The position numbers and the translations under genes were made by a program. Under the pieces are notes generated by a model, which did not search any database, was not told the DNA's origin, and saw only the letters and a list, made by a program, of their open reading frames with translations. Positions 45,069 to 51,564 of a stretch of DNA of 51,564 nt are shown here, piece after piece. Position 1 is the first letter of the stretch, and every line of letters begins with the position of its first letter. This stretch comes from Synechococcus sp. (GTDB taxonomy: Bacteria > Cyanobacteriota > Cyanobacteriia > Thermostichales > PCC-7336): positions 1 to 51,564 of the forward strand of contig JBFRWD010000182.1 of assembly GCA_051439425.1 (NCBI GenBank), given 5' to 3'.

Positions 45069-47768
45069 ATGTCAACGCTATCGTCTTCCAAAGCAGTTAT
45101 TGACGTTGATTTCAAACCCGAATTGAATAATATTGTCTCCCAAGACATTCAAACTGTTGATAATGAAGCGGCATTAGAAGATCTAATTTCCCGTGCCAAA
45201 GCCGCTCAAGAAACCTACGCAACATTTTCGCAAGAACAGGTCGATCGCATTTTCAAGCAGGCAGCAATCGCTGCAAACACTGCCCGTATCCCGTTAGCTA
45301 AGCAGGCTGTGGTTGAGACCGGTATGGGAGTGATTGAAGATAAAGTGATCAAGAATCACTTTGCCTCAGAATATATTTTCAACAAATACAAGCACGAAAA
45401 GACCTGCGACTTGATCTTTTCTGACCCCCATTACGGCATTCAAAAATACGCCGAGCCAATTGGACTGATTGCCGGAATTATCCCGACCACGAATCCAACC
45501 TCAACGGCAGTCTTTAAGGCATTAATCTGTCTTAAAACCCGAAATGCGATTATTTTCTCTCCCCACCCCCGAGCCAAAGCCTGCACAATTGCCGCTGCAA
45601 AGATTGTCCGAGATGCGGCAATCAAGGCGGGGGCTCCTGCTGACTTGATTGGGTGGATTGACGAACCCAGCTTGGCCCTGTCAACAGCCTTAATGCAGCA
45701 TTCTGATGTGAAGTTGATCTTGGCAACCGGAGGCCCCGGCATGGTAAAAGCAGCCTATTCCTCCGGGCACCCCTCATTGGGGGTCGGTGCCGGTAACACT
45801 CCAGCCGTCATTGACGAAACGACCGATATTCAGATGGCAGTCAGTTCGATCTTGCTGAGCAAAACGTTTGATAACGGTACCATCTGCGCGTCAGAACAAT
45901 CGGCAGTTGTTTGCGATGGCGTGTATGACGTGGTCAAGCAAGAATTCATCAAACGAGGCGCCTATTTCCTCGACGGGCCGGAACGCGATCGCGTCTCCCA
46001 GCTCATTCTGAAAAATGGACGATTGAACCCTGACATCGTGGGTCAGCCCGTATCTCATTTGGCGCAACTGGCTGAAATCACTGTTCCTGAAAACACGAAG
46101 CTCCTGATCGGTGAAGCTAGCTCAATTGGTGAAGACGAGCCCTTTTCCTGCGAGAAACTCTCTCCCATCTTGGCCCTCTACCGCGCCTCTGATTTTGAGG
46201 CAGCGGTTGAAACCGCCAAGCAACTGGTAGACTTTGCCGGACGCGGTCATACCTCTGTTCTGTATACAAATCCAGACAACAGCGATCGCATCGCCCATTT
46301 CGAAGCAGAATTAGCCACTGCCCGCGTGTTGATTAACACCCCGTCTTCCCAGGGCGCGATTGGCGATCTCTATAATTTCAAGCTCGATCCGTCTCTAACT
46401 CTCGGTTGCGGCACCTGGGGGGGAAATTCGGTATCTGAAAATGTTGGCGTGCATCACCTGCTAAACCTCAAAACCGTCACGTCTCGGCGCGAAAATATGC
46501 TGTGGTTTCGCGTCCCGCCAAAGGTATATTTCAAGGCCGGTTGCATTCCTGTAGCGTTGGGAGACTTAGCTCATAAAAAACGTGCATTCGTCGTCACCGA
46601 CCGTGCGCTATACGAATTGGGGTACACCAAAGAAATCACCGACACTCTGGAAACTCTGGGAATAGCGCACCATGTCTTTTTCGATGTGGAGCCCGATCCC
46701 AGTTTGTCGAACGTTCAGCTGGGGTTGGATGCCATCAACCACTTCCAGCCGGACACCATTATTGCGGTGGGCGGCGGATCGCCGATGGATGCGGCCAAGG
46801 TGATGTGGTTGATGTACGAACATCCCGATGTGGAATTTGACGGGTTGGCAATGCGGTTCATGGATATCCGTAAGCGGGTATACGAGTTGCCACCGCTAGG
46901 GCAAAAAGCGAGTTTTGTGGCGATTCCAACCACCTCTGGCACCGGCTCAGAAGTGACTCCGTTTGCTGTGGTTACTGACGATCGCGTCGGCATTAAATAT
47001 CCCTTAGCTGACTATGCCCTTACCCCAACCATGGCCATCATCGATCCAGAATTAGTGCGGCACATGCCCAAGCAGTTGACGGCTTACGGCGGCATTGATG
47101 CTCTTACCCACGCCTTAGAAGCATATGTTTCGGTTTTGGCCTCAGAGTTTACGGATGGGTTGGCGATCGAAGCAATTGATTTGTTAATGCGCTACCTGCC
47201 TCGGGCTTATACCAATGGGGAGAACGATCCGGAGGCACGAGAAAAAGTGCATTACGCCGCGACATTGGCGGGCATGGCGTTTGCCAATGCCTTCCTCGGC
47301 ATATGTCACTCGCTGGCCCACAAATTGGGGTCTACCTTCCACGTGCCCCACGGCTTGGCCAACGCCCTCTTGATTTCGCATGTCATTCGCTACAACGCGA
47401 CAGACGCCCCCTTCAAGCAAGCAATCTTCCCTCAGTACGAATATCCCCACGCCAAAGCTCGCTACGCCGCCATCGCCGATGCCCTCAACCTAGGAGGAGA
47501 AACCGATGAGGAGAAGGTCAATTTGTTAATTGAGGCGATAGAAGCTCTCAAACGTCTGTTGGATATTCCGACTGGAATTGCCGATGTGGTTGACTGTGGC
47601 GATCGCGAGTTTTTCGAACATCTCGACATGATGTCCGAGCAAGCGTTCGACGATCAATGCACGGGTGCTAACCCCCGCTATCCGCTGATTCGAGATCTGA
47701 AGGATTTGTATGTTGCAGCATATCGAGGAACCTCTCCTCAGCAATCCCCTGCATTGCAAACTCTTTAG
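45069..47768 (+). CDS. adhE: Bifunctional acetaldehyde-CoA/alcohol dehydrogenase
   Basis: PTTNPTST, ATGGPGMV, FDNGTICASEQ, GCGTWGGN linker, GGGSPMDAAK, HSLAHKLG..HGLANA iron-ADH motifs. Confidence 0.97.
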   Translation: MSTLSSSKAVIDVDFKPELNNIVSQDIQTVDNEAALEDLISRAKAAQETYATFSQEQVDRIFKQAAIAANTARIPLAKQAVVETGMGVIEDKVIKNHFASEYIFNKYKHEKTCDLIFSDPHYGIQKYAEPIGLIAGIIPTTNPTSTAVFKALICLKTRNAIIFSPHPRAKACTIAAAKIVRDAAIKAGAPADLIGWIDEPSLALSTALMQHSDVKLILATGGPGMVKAAYSSGHPSLGVGAGNTPAVIDETTDIQMAVSSILLSKTFDNGTICASEQSAVVCDGVYDVVKQEFIKRGAYFLDGPERDRVSQLILKNGRLNPDIVGQPVSHLAQLAEITVPENTKLLIGEASSIGEDEPFSCEKLSPILALYRASDFEAAVETAKQLVDFAGRGHTSVLYTNPDNSDRIAHFEAELATARVLINTPSSQGAIGDLYNFKLDPSLTLGCGTWGGNSVSENVGVHHLLNLKTVTSRRENMLWFRVPPKVYFKAGCIPVALGDLAHKKRAFVVTDRALYELGYTKEITDTLETLGIAHHVFFDVEPDPSLSNVQLGLDAINHFQPDTIIAVGGGSPMDAAKVMWLMYEHPDVEFDGLAMRFMDIRKRVYELPPLGQKASFVAIPTTSGTGSEVTPFAVVTDDRVGIKYPLADYALTPTMAIIDPELVRHMPKQLTAYGGIDALTHALEAYVSVLASEFTDGLAIEAIDLLMRYLPRAYTNGENDPEAREKVHYAATLAGMAFANAFLGICHSLAHKLGSTFHVPHGLANALLISHVIRYNATDAPFKQAIFPQYEYPHAKARYAAIADALNLGGETDEEKVNLLIEAIEALKRLLDIPTGIADVVDCGDREFFEHLDMMSEQAFDDQCTGANPRYPLIRDLKDLYVAAYRGTSPQQSPALQTL

Positions 47769-47812
47769 AAACATCAGCTGGACAATCCCAGCTCGATAGC
47801 TCTTATTTCGAG

Positions 47813-47837
47813 CCCTTCTTCCACCACGGGAGAAGGG
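47813..47837. terminator. Hairpin downstream of adhE (possible terminator between convergent genes)
   Basis: CCCTTCTTCC-ACCAC-GGGAGAAGGG stem with one G-U pair; weak U-tail. Confidence 0.45.
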
Positions 47838-47855
47838 TTAGTTGAATACCTTGGC

Positions 47856-47959
47856 TATAGAAATTCGCTGTACGATATCGGGTTCAAGCCAGATCGAATT
47901 CTTGACCTGAAAAGAACAGTGCTCTAGCAGCTCTCTACAGCGGATTGCCGATCGCCATA
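47856..47959 (-). repeat. ~104-bp MITE-like dispersed repeat, copy D (reverse orientation)
   Basis: Reverse complement reads TATGGCGATCGGCAATCCGCTGTAGAGAG...TACAGCGAATTTCTATA. Confidence 0.75.
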
Positions 47960-47962
47960 TTA

Positions 47963-50467
47963 CTAAGTTCGGTTTAAGCAAGCATCAAAGTCAAGCAGCA
48001 TGGTGGGCAACCGATCACCCAGCCATATCTGACTCGACTGACGAGCAGCATCGCTTTCCAGCCAGCGATTAATGGTCTGTAACCATTGGTTATCGCCACT
48101 CGGCACAATCAGTCCGTAATATTCACAGGTCAAGGGTCGCTCGGGAACTAACCGAAAATCGTTTAAAGGTAATTCTTGCGAGAGCACCTCGCCGAGTCCC
48201 AGCACCCCATCCGTGGCAAAAGCGTCGATCTGTCCACTTTGAAGAGATTGAACCGCCAATCTACGACCATCAGGTCCTTCAAATACCTGCCTATTGGCCT
48301 TTGGGTATCGCTCGGTAATGAAACTGGCCGTTGTCGTGAGATCGAGCACCCCTATATTGACACCGTCCAGATCGAGCACGGGGTTTACCGCATCGACAGC
48401 CGACTCCCTCAATAAAAATTGGGCTCCAGTAACGAAGAACGGTTGCGAGAAGGTCACACCATCCAGGTTGTCTTGAATGGTATTAGGACCACATTCGAAA
48501 TGCACAGACCGCTCGTTGACTAGTTGAAAGCGATTGTCTAGGGTCGACTCCAGAAAAACCACATCTAATTCCCCGTCACTGTCGATCTGGCGATCGAGAT
48601 CGCGTGCAAACACTAGGGAGAGGTCACGACAAAATCCCGACCAATTATGATTGGAATCGATGTAGCCAAAAGGACTAGCGTCGCGGCGAATACCGACTTT
48701 CAAGACACCCGTACGAGCAATCTCCTCAAGAATGCTACCGGTATTGGGCGACACAATGGCCTGTTCCTGCAAGGGGGCCGGGATCACTTCGATGGGAGGG
48801 CTTTGACCAAAACTATCCACTAATTCATCGGCTGTGAGGCGATTTATTAAGTAGGTATTTAATGGGACGCTGACTTCAATGCTGCTGGCCCTAGGGGTGA
48901 GATAACTTGCCGCAGCTTCATCATTCTGTAGATATCGATTGAAAAAGGCCACGGCAAAGCCGTTCATGAATTCGCGACCAGCATCGGATGTATTGCCTAG
49001 CAAAAATTGGGGGATAGACTCCCCTCCTTCGCTGCCGGGTTGTAGGGTTGTGACCCAGTGGGAACCAGGATCGAGAACGGCCAAATAGCGTTCAGGTGCG
49101 TTGAGCCATACAAAAGGGTGAATTTGATTGGTCACAACGGGCGATACGAGGTCTTCACTGCCAGCAACGAGAGCGATCGGAATATCAATGGTAGACAGTC
49201 CCTCAGGTCCAAAAATGACGCTGCTTAAGGGATGTGCTGCAATAGCGGCATCAATGCGGGGATCGCCTAACTGGCCAAGTCCGGGGGGCAGGTGTCTTGC
49301 TTGGCACTGCAATACTTCGGAAGGGTCTAAATTAAGCCTGGGCCCCTGACAGAACTCTTGTATCCGTGGGCGGTTAATCGTTGCACCGGCTAAAGATAAC
49401 GCCGTTGTCCCCCCCAGAGAAAAGCCCGCAACACCGATACTGTCTAAATCTAGGCGCTCAGACCAAATTTCATCCTCATTGTTTAGTTGCTCTAACCGAT
49501 CGAGGACAATGGAAATATCTTCCGGACGATCGGCAAATTCTAACGGACTTAGAGCTGACTTATTATTACCGAGTAAGAATGACTCTCTATAGCCAAGATT
49601 GCTACCAATATGTTCTGGCACAACCACAATGTAGCCATATGACGCTAAATGTTCGCCCAATAAGACGAAGTTTTCTTTGACGGAACCAAACCCATGGGAA
49701 ATAGCAACAACGGGAGCTGGCCAAGCAGTTTCTTCTGGAAGATAAATATTGGCATCAAAGTCATATCCTGCTGACAGTCCTTCAGGAGTTTGCCGGATGG
49801 TGTCTGTGTGAGAAATTTGGATGGTGAGTGTCTCAACAGCATAGGGACCAGGAGACTGTAACTCACTCAATTCGCCAACATCATTAGCTGATTGATTCTC
49901 AGTAGAATTATTGCGAATGGCGGCGATCGCTGCCAGCCGGTACTCATTCTGCAACGAAAGTTGTTGTTGGACGGCTCCAAGTAAATTCAGGTCAATGCGA
50001 AGGCTCTCCGAAGGAAAGCGCCGCAGGACATCAACCGGCGTCCATCCGTCAGGCCGATCTGCTGCAGACAAGACAACAGCCGCCCGAATAGACTGAAACC
50101 CATTCAAATTGGCGTTGGTGCGTATTACGGCACCTAGCTCCTCTAGCAAGTCATTTCCAACAGCAGAGTTGAGTAGCCGATTTGTCATGACAACTGAAAT
50201 TGTTTGTTTTTGAGCAAGAAATGCCCGAAAGGTGTTTAGAGACGCCTCATCAACGAACTGCGAAATAAATTCAAGTTCTCCCTCTAGTTCCCCCGATGTG
50301 GCAAAGCGATCGAGAGAGTCGATCGAAACAGAGAATTCTTTGGGTCCGACAAAGAACCGAACTCGGTCTGCCGCACTGGCCGTGTTCACATCAATCAATG
50401 CCGATAAGAACGATAGACTTACCGTGGAAAAAGCGCTGACCAGCAGTTTAGATAGGGAATTGAGCAT
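47963..50467 (-). CDS. DUF1400 + alpha/beta hydrolase fused to a C-terminal amino-acid ABC-type solute-binding (SBP_bac_3) domain
   Basis: Signal-like N-terminus; AADRVRF..LDRFATSG (DUF1400-like); SHGFGS..GFSLGG..SED..GSH hydrolase; ILEEIARTGVLKVGIRRDASPFGY..ECG..FSQPFFVTG SBP domain. Confidence 0.82.
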   Translation of the reverse strand: MLNSLSKLLVSAFSTVSLSFLSALIDVNTASAADRVRFFVGPKEFSVSIDSLDRFATSGELEGELEFISQFVDEASLNTFRAFLAQKQTISVVMTNRLLNSAVGNDLLEELGAVIRTNANLNGFQSIRAAVVLSAADRPDGWTPVDVLRRFPSESLRIDLNLLGAVQQQLSLQNEYRLAAIAAIRNNSTENQSANDVGELSELQSPGPYAVETLTIQISHTDTIRQTPEGLSAGYDFDANIYLPEETAWPAPVVAISHGFGSVKENFVLLGEHLASYGYIVVVPEHIGSNLGYRESFLLGNNKSALSPLEFADRPEDISIVLDRLEQLNNEDEIWSERLDLDSIGVAGFSLGGTTALSLAGATINRPRIQEFCQGPRLNLDPSEVLQCQARHLPPGLGQLGDPRIDAAIAAHPLSSVIFGPEGLSTIDIPIALVAGSEDLVSPVVTNQIHPFVWLNAPERYLAVLDPGSHWVTTLQPGSEGGESIPQFLLGNTSDAGREFMNGFAVAFFNRYLQNDEAAASYLTPRASSIEVSVPLNTYLINRLTADELVDSFGQSPPIEVIPAPLQEQAIVSPNTGSILEEIARTGVLKVGIRRDASPFGYIDSNHNWSGFCRDLSLVFARDLDRQIDSDGELDVVFLESTLDNRFQLVNERSVHFECGPNTIQDNLDGVTFSQPFFVTGAQFLLRESAVDAVNPVLDLDGVNIGVLDLTTTASFITERYPKANRQVFEGPDGRRLAVQSLQSGQIDAFATDGVLGLGEVLSQELPLNDFRLVPERPLTCEYYGLIVPSGDNQWLQTINRWLESDAARQSSQIWLGDRLPTMLLDFDACLNRT

Positions 50468-51178
50468 TTCCAGGCTCCTAAAAATACATTTGTTATGTGC
50501 CCAAAAGTCTAAATAATTTATTTGCGTGGGTAGAATATATCACTCAATCTTGTCATATATTATTAGTCTTTGTTTGCTGTTAATAATACTAGTAAAGAGA
50601 TAAATAAGGAGCATGAAAGTCTATTTTGGATTAAAGCTGAATTTAATTCCGATACACTCTGAACGCTCTTTTCTTGGATGATTAATATGCAAGGATTACA
50701 ACCCCTTTGTTGTCAATAACATTCAGCATATTCATTTGGCATAAAAACAAACAATACATAAGCGAATCAAAGCGGCTAAACATTTGTAATGCCTTTCTAT
50801 TTGCAGACTCTTTCAACTTGCACTCACTATAGTATATGAGGAGTGAGCGCTAATTTGATTGCGGTTACATTGATTTAAGATAATGTGAGTCCGTGATACA
50901 GAAAAGCTGAATAGGCATTACTAACTTAGCTAGGAACAGCTTTTGTTATAGAGATTAATATTCATTTTCTCTATAAAACTCAGTAGACTAGAAATATATT
51001 TCGTTTCCATACTGGATAGGCTCTATTGAGGCGACTACCTGATTGGCAGACAAAAGAGCGGATAAGTTCGCCTAAAGGCTTTGCCTTGTAGAGTTTCTAG
51101 CCTTTGAAGAAGTGCAAGGAATTGACGAAAGAGAGGGGAGGTAGCACTCTCAGACAAGAAACCACTCAACGCCAAAAA

Positions 51179-51564
51179 GTGCCACAAAAAACTCCCCCCT
51201 CTACGATGCGTGGCAGACTTGGTTGAGGCAAGCCTGTCCTTGGGGGCATCAGCTCATCTGACTCTTGTCTGTGGATGGTCATTGCCTTACTGCAAACGGG
51301 TGAAAGCAACCTTACCCGCTAGCTGCTTTACATCCCCTGTCGAGGTCAATACGCCCAAAGCAAACAAAGACGCATCAGCCGCTGGCTCAACAATCCTCGC
51401 CTCAACATCCATCGACTCTACAAGTCCCTGATTCAGTCGGCTTTGGCTGATTGGAGCGAAGATTGCCTCTATCTGTGTCTGGATACCTCGTTGTTCTGGG
51501 ACGAATACTGTCTCATCCGTTTGGCCGTTGTCCATCGCGGGCGAGCCTTGCCAGTGGCTTGGCG
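51179..51564 (+). pseudogene. IS4-like (DDE) transposase pseudogene, 5' part, running off the window
   Basis: Across frameshifts and a stop: LYDAWQTWLRQACPW..CLWMVIALLQTGESNLTR*..AQSKQRRISRWLNNPRLNIHRLYK..LYLCLDTSLFWDEYCLIRLAVVHRGRALPVAW. Confidence 0.75.

Overview
Genomic window from a non-heterocystous cyanobacterium (HIP1 octamer GCGATCGC is frequent; NifH/D/K are cyanobacterial-type). It is dominated by a contiguous ~33.6 kb molybdenum-nitrogenase island (3729-37340). The island contains cnfR(patB), an ArsC-like nitrogenase-associated gene and several conserved hypotheticals. A leftward arm carries cysE(nifP)-Asr1405-like-dps-nifV-nifT-(2Fe-2S Trx-like)-NifY/NafY-like. A ~1.5 kb divergent promoter region holds repeated TTGAGT(A/G)CA motifs. 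A rightward arm carries nifB-S-U-H-D-K-Z-(Mo-nitro_C)-nifEN(fused)-X-orf-orf-W-hesA-orf-hesB-fdxH-flavodoxin-cysK-orf-cupin-orf-modA-modBC. There is no fdxN between nifB and nifS and no excision element, so the layout resembles the anaerobic 'nif2-type' cluster. A fermentation module follows directly: an acyl-CoA synthetase(NDP-forming)/GNAT fusion divergent from pflB-pflA-adhE. The flanks hold an FG-GAP/RTX secreted protein between IS6 and IS1 remnants, a DUF1400-hydrolase/solute-binding-protein fusion, and an IS4-like pseudogene. A ~105-bp dispersed MITE-like repeat (4 full copies plus fragments) and several short tandem duplications lie in intergenic gaps. All calls come from motif recognition by eye; no database searches were run.
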